In this document: positions 11,126 to 23,500 of the stretch, piece by piece | Position numbering within the stretch: the first letter of the stretch is position 1 | Layout: every line of letters starts with the position of its first letter | Assembly: GCA_963695855.1 (NCBI GenBank) | Contig: CAVOHZ010000008.1 | Coordinates: 512,001-576,000 of the forward strand | Length of the DNA: 64,000 nucleotides | Direction: 5' to 3' | Source of the DNA: an uncultured Nitrososphaerales archaeon | GTDB taxonomy: Archaea > Thermoproteota > Nitrososphaeria > Nitrososphaerales > Nitrososphaeraceae | Translations under genes and position numbers: made by a program | The notes under the pieces: generated by a model | Told to the model about the DNA's origin: nothing | Seen by the model: the letters and a program-made list of their open reading frames with translations, nothing else | Databases searched by the model: none

Positions 11126-12814
11126 TCATTTTTTTTTGTTATAACTACAAATAATCTGGTTTAGATATTTTTTGTTATAACTACAAATAATATTGTCTAG
11201 ATACATCTGAACTGTCGGGTCTGTTTTCCATAATTCTTGACTACCATATAAATAACCATATCTGTCAGAACTTCCAAGTTTTTCTCTTAATTCCAGTTTA
11301 TCTATATAGGTTTTGGTAACCATATCTTTGGTATAAAAATTTTTATTCGCGATTTTTTTCAAGAAATCGTGAATCCCAGATCCATGTTGTGCAGCTAGTT
11401 TTTCTCTGTAGGCAATATGGTGTGGTATTCCTAGTCTTAATGCCAATTCTCTATGAACACGTTTTCCAAAAATGTCGTTATCATCGTTAATATTTAGTTT
11501 CATATCTATTGAAGTAGATGCTCTTACAACCTTTGGATCTAGAAAAGGTACTCGGCTCTCAATGCTAAACGCCATCGAAATTTTATCTTCTCTCTCTAAG
11601 GTTTCTTTGTAAAGTAAAAGTAGGTCTTGAGTCATATGTTCTCGCAATCTATCGTAACCTTCTTTAGCAACGACATTTCTATACCATGGATAGCCACCAA
11701 ATAGTTCATCTGCTCCTTGACCTGAAAATAATATTCGTTGATTATCACCAGCTGCCATCTGCACTGCAGCAAAAATAGGTATTGCGGTTTCTACCTGTGT
11801 AGGATTATTTGTTTCTATGATGTTGATTATATCTGGAAGATGTTTTTCAACATAATCGTAATCTAATTCTCTTGTACGCAAATTCAGGTCTAATTCTTTT
11901 CCGATTGATTTGACAAATTCAAGGTCTAAAGATCCTTTTACTCCAGTAGTATAACATGTAACATCTGGAACAAAATCTCTTATTATGTGTGCTATTAAAA
12001 CACTATCAATTCCTCCAGAGAAAATAACACCAATCTTTTTCTGGTCCTGCGTTCTTTTTTTAATGGAATTTAATAAAACTTTTTTGTAAATGTCAATCGA
12101 GTCCTCCATTGTATTGTATAACTGGCTCTTACTGACAGGAGGATCGAGCATTTTGAATGGCTTTGATATGTTTTTGGAAATGATAATACAATGGCCTGGC
12201 AATAACGAGTAGGTAGGTTCTTTTATTCCTATCTCCCATAACGCCTTTCTTTCAGAAGCAAATCCTATGATCTCTTTGCTCTCTCCATAGTAAATCTGTC
12301 TTATTCCAAGTCTATCTCTGACCAAATATACATTACCAGTATGCTGATCCTTAATCGCAAAGACATATACTCCATCTAGCTGCTCCATCGTATCTTTTAT
12401 TGCCTTTAAAAGATCTGTACAATTATTTTTATTATAATTTTCTTCCAGCAAATGTATTACTACTTCACTGTCAGTCGCTGAGGAAAATTTATGGCGCTTT
12501 ATTAATTCTTGTCTAAGTTCTTTGTAGTTATATATTTCACCATTGTGTTCCAACAATAATTTATTGTCACAGCTTTTAAAAGGCTGTGAACCACAAGTAC
12601 CACCGACTATAGCTAGCCTGACATGACCTAAAACCATGTTTGATGATGTATTATCAAAAGATAATTTTTCGAGTGAGTTTGACTGGTAAATTTCTTTATC
12701 TATAGAGAGACCCGCTCCATCTGGACCTCTATTTTTCATACACATCATCATAGATTTCATAAAAGGAACCACATCCGCTGATTCCTTGCTTATTACACCT
12801 GCAATTCCACACAT
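11126..12814 (-). CDS. asnB: Asparagine synthase (glutamine-hydrolysing)
   Basis: N-terminal MCGIAG, 'RGPD', 'HNGEIYN', 'FSGGIDS', 'SGQGADELFGGY'. Confidence 0.93.
   Translation of the reverse strand: MCGIAGVISKESADVVPFMKSMMMCMKNRGPDGAGLSIDKEIYQSNSLEKLSFDNTSSNMVLGHVRLAIVGGTCGSQPFKSCDNKLLLEHNGEIYNYKELRQELIKRHKFSSATDSEVVIHLLEENYNKNNCTDLLKAIKDTMEQLDGVYVFAIKDQHTGNVYLVRDRLGIRQIYYGESKEIIGFASERKALWEIGIKEPTYSLLPGHCIIISKNISKPFKMLDPPVSKSQLYNTMEDSIDIYKKVLLNSIKKRTQDQKKIGVIFSGGIDSVLIAHIIRDFVPDVTCYTTGVKGSLDLEFVKSIGKELDLNLRTRELDYDYVEKHLPDIINIIETNNPTQVETAIPIFAAVQMAAGDNQRILFSGQGADELFGGYPWYRNVVAKEGYDRLREHMTQDLLLLYKETLEREDKISMAFSIESRVPFLDPKVVRASTSIDMKLNINDDNDIFGKRVHRELALRLGIPHHIAYREKLAAQHGSGIHDFLKKIANKNFYTKDMVTKTYIDKLELREKLGSSDRYGYLYGSQELWKTDPTVQMYLDNIICSYNKKYLNQIICSYNKKK
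11132..11191. repeat. 24-bp direct repeat (period 36) duplicating the asnB C-terminus
   Basis: ttttttgttataactacaaataat occurs twice; protein ends IICSYNKKYLNQIICSYNKKK. Confidence 0.85.
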
Positions 12815-13416
12815 AATAAATTATATACTTCACTATAGTAAATAACTCTTTTTAAATCTTACTAAGGAATGTTTATATTACGTGATTTTTTTCTACTTAA
12901 AACTATTAAAGTTTAAGGAAATTACAACAAATCTAAATATGTATCACTCGATTTACAATATAAAAATTAATTGAAGTTAGAAATTTGATATTAAATCTCC
13001 CTAATTAAATTTTCTTAAATAAAATAATGGGTTTAATAATATTTCATATTTACATTTAAACGCAAATCACCAAAATCAGGTGACAATCATGAAAAAATCA
13101 CTTATTCTAAATATAAAGTACTTTTTATTCTCAGGATGATCGATTCCATATCCACCAAAGTATCATTTCCAATCCACGGAGGTCCATGAACAAGAGAATC
13201 ATGTGCGAAACTAGTCATATCTTTAACAAAAATTGAAAACTATGATTGTATAGTCAGTCATTTGGGAATAATCTTACACCAAATTCGATAAACCATCCAT
13301 TGTCTATAAATTTTTCATCATGTGTAGTTAAGACCGAGCAGTAAGTGCCTAAGAATAAAATTCAATATGAAAAATGAGGAATATAACTATAATTATAGGT
13401 TGAGATAAATCTAAAA

Positions 13417-14484
13417 GTGTTATCAATTATAATATTCATAGTCTCTTTTCTTTCTGTTTTTTTAAATCCGATAATTGTCACTACCGCTTCGAATAACCTT
13501 AATAAAATGATACTTATCGGCTATTCGTTATGTCCTTTTTCTAACTTTTCTTGTGTGCATGATATTTCAACACTGATAAAAAAAAATCAAATTAATGACG
13601 AAAAGTTAATAAATGCAACTTTAGAGAAAGTTGATTCTGGCAAACTTAAAAATTGGCTATATTTTTTATCGTCTTTTCATAATCGACATACGAAAACGGA
13701 GTATATTGACCAGGCTGCATATTGGATAAAAAATGAACTCCAACAGACATGTAATGGTAAAGTCTATTTTTATAATTTCAATCAACTGGATCAAGAAAAA
13801 AATTATCAATTAAAAAACATAATTTGTGATATTTCGAGTTCGAAATCAACTGTTAAAAATGGTACTATTATAATTTCGGCACATTATGACGATAGAATGG
13901 AGGCACTAAACAATACTAAGGCTAGAGCTCCTGGTGCTGATGATAATGCTAGCGGTGTCTCTGCCCTGCTAGAAGTAGCTCGAATACTTTCTAATATTAA
14001 TTTACAAAACAACATTCAAATTGTATTTTTCTCAGGTGAAGAACAAGGACAATGGGGATCAAAAAACTATGTAAAGGCTCTCCATAACAATAATACAAAG
14101 ATTGATCTACTAGTCAACTTAGATATGGTTGGATACCCACCTCCAAGTGAACTAAATAAAGAATATGTGATAATTGAATATGACGAGTGGAACAAAGTTC
14201 CTACGAATAATATAGATTCTAAAAGAACAGCAGAGTTTATGCAACAAATAGCTTTACATTACACAAATCTTATCCCCAGATTACAAAATCTTAGTAATAG
14301 TGATTTTAATCCATTTGAAGCACTTGGATATACAGTAATAGGTTTACATGATGGAGGTGAAAAATACAACCCACATTACCATAAATCATCTGATAGTCCA
14401 GATACTCTTGATATTGAATATTTAACGGCCATTACGAAGCTGACACTAGCCACAATATTGAAACTCAATACAAACTTTAAATAA
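13417..14484 (+). CDS. Secreted M28-family zinc aminopeptidase
   Basis: Signal peptide; 'SAHYDD', 'PGADDNASG', 'GEEQG', 'NLDMVG', 'HYHKSSD'. Confidence 0.92.
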   Translation: MLSIIIFIVSFLSVFLNPIIVTTASNNLNKMILIGYSLCPFSNFSCVHDISTLIKKNQINDEKLINATLEKVDSGKLKNWLYFLSSFHNRHTKTEYIDQAAYWIKNELQQTCNGKVYFYNFNQLDQEKNYQLKNIICDISSSKSTVKNGTIIISAHYDDRMEALNNTKARAPGADDNASGVSALLEVARILSNINLQNNIQIVFFSGEEQGQWGSKNYVKALHNNNTKIDLLVNLDMVGYPPPSELNKEYVIIEYDEWNKVPTNNIDSKRTAEFMQQIALHYTNLIPRLQNLSNSDFNPFEALGYTVIGLHDGGEKYNPHYHKSSDSPDTLDIEYLTAITKLTLATILKLNTNFK

Positions 14485-14506
14485 TTAATCAAAACATTCG
14501 GGGATT

Positions 14507-14842
14507 CTACAACTTTATTTCATAATATGTTCTTAATTCTAGAGGTTTTTCTAGCATTGGATTAATTCTTTCTTCTAAATTATGCATATGAGGTTGTTTG
14601 AAATGTTCTTCAATAGCATTTTGGTCTTCCCAAATTTCGTCAAACATAAAAAATTCCGGATTGTCTATAGACCTGTGTGGTACATAAGCTATATTTCCAG
14701 GTTCTTTAATTGTTGGTTCTATTAATCCATATAAAATTTTCCATAATTCATCTCCTTTTCCCTTTTTTGCTTCAAGAAATGCTAGTAACCTTATTGTATT
14801 TTCTTTTCTATTTTCAAATTTCTGCAAATTAGTTGTCTCCAT
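14507..14842 (-). CDS. ABM-domain protein (putative quinol monooxygenase)
   Basis: 'EPGNIAY..H....P..F..DEIWEDQNAIEEHFKQPH'. Confidence 0.88.
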   Translation of the reverse strand: METTNLQKFENRKENTIRLLAFLEAKKGKGDELWKILYGLIEPTIKEPGNIAYVPHRSIDNPEFFMFDEIWEDQNAIEEHFKQPHMHNLEERINPMLEKPLELRTYYEIKL

Positions 14843-15015
14843 ATAATAATATATTGTCTAATATACTAAATAAATAAATAACTAATATTCTTAAACACGT
14901 AATATATTCAACTCATAATTTATTCTTCTTTATCATTTCAGTTCGTTAACTATTATTGCAGTTACCAAAAGTATTTAATAGCAATAGATAGATCATTTAT
15001 ATCAATATTATTATT

Positions 15016-15765
15016 ATGAAGTGTTCTATTTGTGGAGTTGATAATGAAATTTCATTTACATGCAATTATTGTAAAGAAACATTTTGTGCGGATCATCGAC
15101 TCCCAATGAATCATACCTGTCGATTTCTTAAACAATACATCGAAAAAAGGAAACAGATGAATTATAATGAACAACAAGGTTATAATCATTCAAACTTTCT
15201 AAGAAAGATGCTGAACTTCAGATCTTCAAGAACAGAATTGTATCATTTGGGCATAGCAACTATACTAGTGCTATTAGTAGGTTTATCTCTAACGGGTTAT
15301 AGACACATATCGTACGAATTTATTCTTATTTTTATAAGTGCATTTCTCATACACGAATTGGCACATAAATTACTAGCGCAATTGTATGGAAGCTGGGCAG
15401 AATTTAGGGCTGAAATTTCTGGTTTGTTGATAACTGCACTCTCTGCGATTCCTTTTTTCCCATTCAAGTTCATTGCACCAGGCGCTGTTGTTATTGGTGA
15501 TTTAACACGAAATAAGTTTGGAAGAGTTGCATTAATAGGTCCTTTAACAAATTTGATTATGGGTTTTTCCTTTCTAATGTTATCCTATTTATTTCCATCT
15601 CATCCATATTTTAGTGTAGGAGCCAGTTTTAATGCTTGGATTTCTATTTTTAATTTAATTCCCTTTGGTGTTCTAGATGGACAAAAGATTTTTAATTGGA
15701 ATAAAATTGTCTGGATATGTGCAATAATTTCTGCGTCAATTCTCTTTATAATTTCATATGGTTAG
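15016..15765 (+). CDS. AN1 zinc finger fused to M50 (site-2) membrane peptidase
   Basis: CSIC...FTCNYCKETFCADHR..NHTC; HELAH; NLIPFGVLDG. Confidence 0.9.
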   Translation: MKCSICGVDNEISFTCNYCKETFCADHRLPMNHTCRFLKQYIEKRKQMNYNEQQGYNHSNFLRKMLNFRSSRTELYHLGIATILVLLVGLSLTGYRHISYEFILIFISAFLIHELAHKLLAQLYGSWAEFRAEISGLLITALSAIPFFPFKFIAPGAVVIGDLTRNKFGRVALIGPLTNLIMGFSFLMLSYLFPSHPYFSVGASFNAWISIFNLIPFGVLDGQKIFNWNKIVWICAIISASILFIISYG

Positions 15766-16092
15766 CATCGAGATTTATTTTCTGTTAATTATACAGTAAA
15801 TTTTAGGGTTTAATTTATCTTATTAGATCTGCTGTTTTTGGTTATTGCATTTTTAGATTTTATTCTTTCATCTTAATATGAAATTGTTCTAAAAGTGTAT
15901 TTCTCTTAGTATAGTGTTTTGAGAACTTGTTTCATCCAAGCTTGTAATACCAAGAAGGAGAAATTTAATCATCTATTCTGCAGAATCCATCTTCTTTTGA
16001 TAGATAATCGATTTGCATGGCTCTATTAATATAGTCTTTTATACCTTATGATTTACCAAAAATAATATTAACATGTTTGAATAAATCAAGAA

Positions 16093-16440
16093 ATGTTGAT
16101 CAAGGCTTTTCCAATCTCTTACGATAGAAAAAGAGCTGAATCTGCTTTCAAACTATTATTGCGTCATAGAGAAAGTGAGCTAAAGCAAATTGCAGGAGAT
16201 ATAGGCTATCCTACTTCAGGAAATCATTGGCAGGAGAAGATTTTATTATTCTGTCTTGATATAGACAAATGTTTTCTTGACTTATCAAAAGAAGACGTTG
16301 GAGATGATGAAGTATTTAAATGTAGGAATCTGATGAGAGTGATGGCCAAAAATAAAACAAATATAGAAATTCAAAAAGTTCAGAATCTTGCATACACTAT
16401 TTCAGCAGATTTCAAGTCGTTTTATGAAAAACAATCCTAG
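16093..16440 (+). CDS. Hypothetical protein
   Basis: 115-aa ORF preceded by a TATA-like element. Confidence 0.65.
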   Translation: MLIKAFPISYDRKRAESAFKLLLRHRESELKQIAGDIGYPTSGNHWQEKILLFCLDIDKCFLDLSKEDVGDDEVFKCRNLMRVMAKNKTNIEIQKVQNLAYTISADFKSFYEKQS

Positions 16441-17479
16441 ACATTTTATTTCTAGTTTTAATAAAAGGAAATTTTTTTACGAAGAAAAAAGTTTATGGCA
16501 TTAAAATACCGTTCATTTTTCCTAATTGTCAAGTACTGGAATCAATTCGGTAGAACATTTCGAACATCTGAAGTATTCAGATCTCGTTTCATCGGTCTCT
16601 ACAACTACATATTCATCGCATTTCGTACAATACATGATTGCCTGCGTAGTTTTAAAGTCCATATATACAATACTCATTAGTTTCTTTTAAATTTGTCTAT
16701 AAATATTTACAAAATATACTGAGAAGGTCATAAAAAAAAGAAAGTTTAAAAGATGAACATAAAAAAGATTTCCTCCCCACAATTTTCTCCAGAAAACTTG
16801 AAAATATAAAATATAGATCTATGTCTCCTATTTGTGAACAATAACTTTACTACTTTTAATGAGGATGGTGAGAATTAATAAATATAAAATAAATATTTTT
16901 GTTCTGAACTATGCTGTTTTGATATTTTCTGACATTTTTTTATTAGAACATGTATAGCATATAAAATGAACAAGAAAAGTTCATCATACAATGGAGATTT
17001 TTTCATCAATTGTCGATTATGCAACATATTTACTTATCATTTGGAAATATGAAAACGTAAAGATTGTAATCAGATTATTTATAATGTAAATGAAATGACA
17101 CAATCTAAAGTTAAAAATGAAATATGATGTGAAGGATGCTCCAACAACTCTAATAGATGGAATATAAAGGTAGTTGGTATACAATTGATTTTTCCATGGA
17201 TATGTGGAGATGATCTTTATATGCAATTAAAAGATAAGCATTACAGTCATCATAGTCATAGTTATATCCAACTCCATAATTAATGTAGTTCTTAATAGAG
17301 AATTTCGTGCAGATGGTTATAATAATTGCTGACATTAATTAAATAAAGATATAAACATTAGAATATCCTATAATTTATGAAACAGAATTTGAGTTTCAAA
17401 TTTCAACTATTAACCCTCTCGGGAATATTTCTTTTGGGATTGGTAAATAAATTGACTTATTACTAAAAAAAGTAAGGAA

Positions 17480-18139
17480 TTATTCTGGACCTCCTAAGCC
17501 ATCATTGTTAGGATCGTCATCATTCAAGTTGAAGACTTCATTATTGCCCGTTAAATCACCTGGTAATTGTTGAGCATTATTATCGTCATAATAATTAGCT
17601 ATGCTTCCTAATGATCTCTGAACGTTTATGTCTACTACGTCTCCTGGATTAAATTCTACTAGACCTTGACTGCCATAGTTTACCAAGTCAATATCTGTGA
17701 TTCTTGGTGACCCGCCATTAAGAGGATCCGGAATATGTGAATGCCATACACAACTGCGAGGGTTATCACTCGTGGCAGGTGTAGAAGCGTCGTCTATGAC
17801 ATATAACGGAACAAAGTCAACGTGTGTATTTGGATTATGTTCATCGATATGTCCTGCAATTACTGAAACAAATGGTTCTCCAGCATCATTACATGGTCCT
17901 CTGAATAAAAAGTGTCCTGAAACAAAGTTTGGGCTTGAATCATATACGGGAAGAACACCCCCAGGCGGTAGTCTTACACCATTTAAATTTACATGGGTAT
18001 TGTCTGGAATACTATCCCCTTGGACTCCTGCTTCGAAACTATGACTGGCGAATACATCTAATGGCGTCGAGGATAATGATCCTAGACTTAGAAATGTTGC
18101 CATAATAACTACTAATATTTTAGTTTTTTGTATAAACAT
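17480..18139 (-). CDS. Secreted His/Cys protein, family A paralog 1
   Basis: Likely start at ATG 18139 (MFIQKTK plus signal peptide), ~25 nt below a TATA box; shares YDS..GH..PC..C.(W/Y)H..ITDI.L.N with 27804, 38125 and 49491. Confidence 0.8.
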   Translation of the reverse strand: MFIQKTKILVVIMATFLSLGSLSSTPLDVFASHSFEAGVQGDSIPDNTHVNLNGVRLPPGGVLPVYDSSPNFVSGHFLFRGPCNDAGEPFVSVIAGHIDEHNPNTHVDFVPLYVIDDASTPATSDNPRSCVWHSHIPDPLNGGSPRITDIDLVNYGSQGLVEFNPGDVVDINVQRSLGSIANYYDDNNAQQLPGDLTGNNEVFNLNDDDPNNDGLGGPE

Positions 18140-18176
18140 TGATTTCAAAATGTCAATACAGTATAAAAAATATTTG

Positions 18177-18195
18177 GTACATTCGTCGAATAATG
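18177..18195 (-). promoter_or_regulatory. Palindromic operator copy upstream of BRE/TATA
   Basis: Minus strand CATTATTCGACGAATGTAC-CAAATAT-TTTTTATA, then ATG 18139. Confidence 0.75.
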
Positions 18196-18230
18196 TGAAG
18201 TTTTTCATTATAGTATTTTGTAATGAATTT

Positions 18231-18339
18231 TGTTATAAAATAATATCTATAATAATTATATTTCCATATTATTGAGATACATATAGTATAATTATGTTAT
18301 AAAATAATATCTATAATAATTATATTTCCATATTATTGA
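18231..18339. repeat. 45-bp direct repeat in divergent promoter region
   Basis: tgttataaaataatatctataataattatatttccatattattga at 18231-18275 and 18295-18339. Confidence 0.9.
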
Positions 18340-18349
18340 TTTATATTAG

Positions 18350-18368
18350 ATTTATTCGACGAATGTAC
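18350..18368 (+). promoter_or_regulatory. Palindromic operator copy upstream of BRE/TATA
   Basis: ATTTATTCGACGAATGTAC-CAATGTA-TTTTTATT, then ATG 18406. Confidence 0.75.
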
Positions 18369-18405
18369 CAATGTATTTTTATTTCTGTATTGAATTGTTT
18401 TTTCT

Positions 18406-19197
18406 ATGAAGAAAATATTTATATCTTCAGTGAATATATTGGTAATACTTGCAGGGATAGCCATAATCTCCCCAAGTTCTTTTTCCATAAATGAAGCCTT
18501 AGCAAAACCACATGCAAGTCTTACATTAGAGTCCACACAAGATGACGTAAATCTTATTAGAGTAGTGTTGGGTCATACTAACGAGCCATCATTTGGCAAG
18601 TTACCTGGTCTACATGATGGAAAACATTTTCTCGAAGTTGAGGTATCTGACAGTGCAACTACTCTCCCAATTAGTACTGCTACACTCTTTGCAGATAAAT
18701 ACTATTTTAAAGATATAAAGAGTTTTGAAAACGCGCAAAGTCTACAGGATGCAGATGATATTGAATTAAATGTACCAATTAGCTCTGTATTTGGTTCCCC
18801 TGGACTTTTTTATAATAGACAAGTTCAGGATCCGGGAATATATGGATACACTCTAAGAGGTTCTATTGATTATTATGGGGTTGGTAGAGTGAATATACCT
18901 AATGACCCAGAACCAACCATATTTTGTAATATAGAAGGTAAGGACACATCCAAATTTAATAAAGGGGCTTGGTCTGGAAGCTTCGGTTGTACACAGAATC
19001 TGAAAAGTATCTTCTTCCCAGAAGCTGCAAAATATTCTGATCAATATCCTCCTAAATACCCTAAATCTGACTACCCTGAACCTGAATATCCTAAACCTGG
19101 TGAATACGGTGATTACAAAGGGGGATATAATTACGGATCTGGATACGGTAACGAAAACGAATATCAAACGTATAACAGTGGATATAGAACTGAATAA
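18406..19197 (+). CDS. Secreted hypothetical protein (family C-like) with Y/P/G-rich tail
   Basis: Signal peptide, 'VVLGHTNEP', 'GIYGYTLRGSI', low-complexity C-terminus. Confidence 0.75.
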   Translation: MKKIFISSVNILVILAGIAIISPSSFSINEALAKPHASLTLESTQDDVNLIRVVLGHTNEPSFGKLPGLHDGKHFLEVEVSDSATTLPISTATLFADKYYFKDIKSFENAQSLQDADDIELNVPISSVFGSPGLFYNRQVQDPGIYGYTLRGSIDYYGVGRVNIPNDPEPTIFCNIEGKDTSKFNKGAWSGSFGCTQNLKSIFFPEAAKYSDQYPPKYPKSDYPEPEYPKPGEYGDYKGGYNYGSGYGNENEYQTYNSGYRTE

Positions 19198-19525
19198 ACA
19201 ACAATCTTCTTTAATTTTTCTATTTTTTTTGATGGGCAATCAATCAAAGATTAATAGTTTTTTAGCCCCAGTTGCGAAGTAAATGTTTAGATTTGGTTAT
19301 TTTATTTCCTATGTGAAGTAATAATTAGATTTGAAAAAATAGAACATCCACGAATATAGACTGCAAGAGGTCACTTAATATAAGCTAAGCGGTATGTATC
19401 TTAATAAATCTGTTTTAAAATTTCTGTATATTGAATTATTAAGTTAATGCAGAGCTATATCAAATGTGAAAATATAGTAAAATAATTGAATCTTATTGAA
19501 AAATAAAGAAACGGTAGTATGAATA

Positions 19526-19544
19526 AACAGTTCGAATGATGTAC
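19526..19544 (+). promoter_or_regulatory. Degenerate operator copy upstream of TATA
   Basis: AACAGTTCGAATGATGTAC-CATAAAG-TATTATAT, then ATG 19583/19589. Confidence 0.55.
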
Positions 19545-19582
19545 CATAAAGTATTATATTCAGCATTAAGAATATACTTTGG

Positions 19583-20537
19583 ATGTATATGAAACCAATA
19601 TCTCTTATTTTGCTTGTTTCGATCAGTGTAGTGATTTCTTTAATGATATTTTCTGGTTCAAAAAATATTGCTTACGCTCATACTTTTTCTGGAGACGAGA
19701 GTGCCTCATTTTTGACAATGGTCGAAGAAATCAGTACTGGATCACAACTTATAGAAAAGTTGCTGCCAAATAATTCAACATTAGCACAAGAAATTGCAGT
19801 ACATATTTCCCATCTTGTCCCTCCTGAAACTTTCCAAGAGATTTCTGAGAAAAATAAGTTAGTATCCAATTCACTTAACGAGTCATTATCTGATCTTGAA
19901 AATTCATTTAATTTTAGCCAACAAGGTAGTACCCTCTGATATAAAAGACAAGCTAAACAATCTTGACGATATTTTAGGGGAGGTAGTAAGTGTAAGAATT
20001 CAGAACGAACAATTAGCAAATAATACTGTGAAGGCGCTTGTACTTAATGATTTAGTAGGAAAAGGTCTTGAAAGTTATGGCGAAGCGTTAGGTATTAAAG
20101 AAGAGGAACATTCTGAGGAACACGAAGCTGAACATGCAGAAGAAAAAGCTGGACAAAAAACAGACGATCACGGCCAAGTGAGCATCTCTTCATTTTCAAA
20201 CTCTATTGTCAATATTGCATTAACAGATTCACCGAAAAGTGAAGATGCATCTAATAAAAATATAAGCAATGCTGAGATAGTAGACCAGGTTGAATATCAA
20301 ATTGCACAGTCATTATTTAAAAAATCCATTGAAAAATTTAATGAACTAAAACCATCTATTAGCTCTAATATGTCGGACTTGTCCAGTAGCTTGGAATCAT
20401 CACTGGTTAAACTAAATAATGCAGTAGATAATAAAGAACCATTTGATACAATAGATGGCATTGTAGATGATGAAGTAACACCACAATTACAGTCTATTTT
20501 TAAGATAAAACTAGCAGAAGAAGAAGAAGAAAAATAA
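19583..20537 (+). pseudogene. Frameshifted secreted His1 helical protein, family B paralog 1
   Basis: ORFs 19583-19939 (AYA|HTFSGDESASF) and 19896-20537 together align with 50506; frameshift near 19920-19935 (could be a sequencing error). Confidence 0.75.
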
Positions 20538-20555
20538 TTTTCTATAACAAATATT

Positions 20556-23500
20556 TTGATAATACAATATCTTAAATTATCATCGATTGCCTTCGTAATC
20601 CTTTATTGTTTTCTTAGTTTAAACGCCATACATTATTTTAAGGATGCATATGCACATCCTATAATTATAGATTCTTCTCCAAAACAATTTCAATCTTTAG
20701 AGGAATCACCAGATAAAGTGATTCTTTTTTTCAGCGAAGCAATAGAATTACAATATAGTCAAATATCTGTAATTGACTCTGAAGGAAATCGAGTAGATGA
20801 TGGCAAAGCGGAATTCTATAAGGGTGATACCTCTACAATTTCTACTAATATTAAGAAAGATCTTCCTGAAGGTACATACACTGCTAATACAAAAGTCTTA
20901 TCTGCTGTCGATGGTCATGTAGTTGATGGCTCGATAGTTTTTAGTGTAGGAGAAGGTCTTACCGGTATAGGTGAAGAAACAATCAAGCCCAAGGGTATAT
21001 TTGAACTTATCTCTCTTGATGATTCATTAAGCAGGGTACCAGGATATGTGGGTCAGATCATGATTATAGGTGCACCATTGATATTTTTATGGATACAAAA
21101 ACCTCTATCACAATTTAATCATATTAGGACACAAATGAATAAAGTTTTTGTTGGCGTAAGAAAAAACTTGATGAAATTAATCATAATTTCTGATTTACTT
21201 GTTATATCTTCAGTTTTTATTATGGCATTACTTCAAGCCTCATCTATAGGTGGAAATATAATAGATGTGTTTAGTACTGAATTTGGACAAATATTAGTAA
21301 TCAGATTGACCATTTCTATTATACTTCTAATTGTAACTCTCATATTTTACAATAAATACAAAAGATCATACGATATCTTAAATACCAAAGCACTATTACT
21401 GATAATAATATTAGGCTTAGCAATACTGTTTACTAACAGTTTAATTTCTCATTCTGCAGCTCTGAAAAATAGTTTGCCAATTTTCTTGGATTATTTTCAC
21501 GGAATAGCAGCATCTATATGGATAGGAGGTTTAGTATTTCTTGCTTTTATTTTAATACCAAAAATACTACAAGTAAAAGAAAACGAACTGAAATTTAGAA
21601 TTATTTCTATAGTAGTACCTAGATTTTCTATTATAGTTTTACCTATTTTGGGCAGTATAATTTTTACTGGCCCTACCTTATTATGGTTTATAGAAAATAA
21701 TCTTTTTACAACATTTTCTTCATTGTATGGTAAAATACTAATTTTAAAATTAAGTTTAGCAGTCGTAATGATAATATTTGGTGGATATCATGAATTTATT
21801 ACCAGCAGCAAAGTTAGAAACATATTGATAAAAAAAATTGGAGGCGAGGAGGAATTAATGACTACTGTTAGTTTATCCTCTAGTCTAAGAAGATTTTACA
21901 TACTATTAAGAATTGAATCATTGGTAGGGATTGCCTTATTATTTGTAGTATCTTTAATGACTAATATGGTATTACCATCAGGACAATTTCAAAGTTCAGG
22001 TAATAATTTCGCTACTTCTCAAGAAACAAATCTTATCGGCAATCAAGTCAACTCAATTTCTGCAAATAATGAATATTTAACAGACATCTATTCAAACAAT
22101 CAAAAGATTCAAGTAAAATTAGAGCCAGCATCCCTAGGTGAAAACACAATAACAGTATCATTCATAGATTTAAGCAGTGGTCAAAATGATGTTGATATTC
22201 AAAATACCACATTAAAACTCAACCAGATAGAAAAAAAAATTGGTCCAATCCAATTGGAAATGAAACACATCTCAAATGGGGTATTTTCAACTACATTACC
22301 TATCAGTACTTTAGGTGTGTGGAGTTTTGAAATTCAAGGAAAGACTTTGAAGCCAAATACTCCTAACACTATTGGAACTTTCAATCTAGACATAAAGCCT
22401 TCCCTGTCAGATCTAGAAATAAATCTGACGGAATATCCAACGCCCGATAAAAGCTTATTATTATACCCTATCTATCATCAAGCAACTAATTCTATCTGGG
22501 CAGGAGATACTTCTCCTGGAAGCGGAAGAGTCCTAGAATTTAGCATTAGTGATAAAACCTATAAGATCCATAAGATAGAGGGTACAAACCTTATTACCTT
22601 CTCTGTATTTGATCCGATAGAAAGTAACATATTATGGTATGTTGATCCAACTAAAGATATAATAGGACGATATGATGTGACAACAAACAATACTGATGAA
22701 CAGCACGAATTACCAGATATAGGAATTATTTCTGGATTGGCTATAGACGGTGAACAAAATTTATGGCTAAGTACTATGCAAGACAATTCTATTACAGAAT
22801 TTGATTCCAAGACGAAAAAGTTTACTAAGTATGAAGTACCTACTGAAAATTCAAAACCAACAGGTCTGATATTTGATAAAAAAAATAATTATATATGGTT
22901 CGCCGAGGCATTAGGAAAACTAGCAAAAATTGATGTAAAGACAGGCTATATTACTGAATATCCTAAGAATACAACTTTAATTTCAGAAGATTTTTCACTT
23001 TCTGAACCTACCGCATTGCTACTGGATCCAAAGACCTCCAATATTTACATAAGTGACCATGAAGATAACTCTATAGTACTTTTCAATCCTATTATTGAAT
23101 CATTTAAAAGATATCCGTTGCCGCATAACGATGGACTTGCCTTTGGAATGGTTTTTGATATTTATGGAAATATTTGGGTTGCAGAACATGTGTCTGACGT
23201 TTTAGCTATACTTGATCCTGATTCAGGAAAAACTACAAATATAAAAATACCAAAAGAAGGATCCTTTGTACAACACCTTACAACTGATTCACAGGGCGAT
23301 ATATGGTTTGCAGAACAAAGGGGAGGAGGTTTGGGTAAGGCTACAATTAAATTTATTCCATCAAATATTCAACCATCAAGGACCGAGTATCCTCCTACAA
23401 GCAACAATACAACAAACCAAAGTGATAACAATATATTACCAATAAATATTAAAAAATTAGAGTTTTATAAAATAATTGGACCATTAATGATAGTGGTGGT

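Noticed and set aside
13040-13350. Higher-GC intergenic segment, possible pseudogene or ncRNA
   Set aside because: No recognisable motif, ORF or stable structure identified
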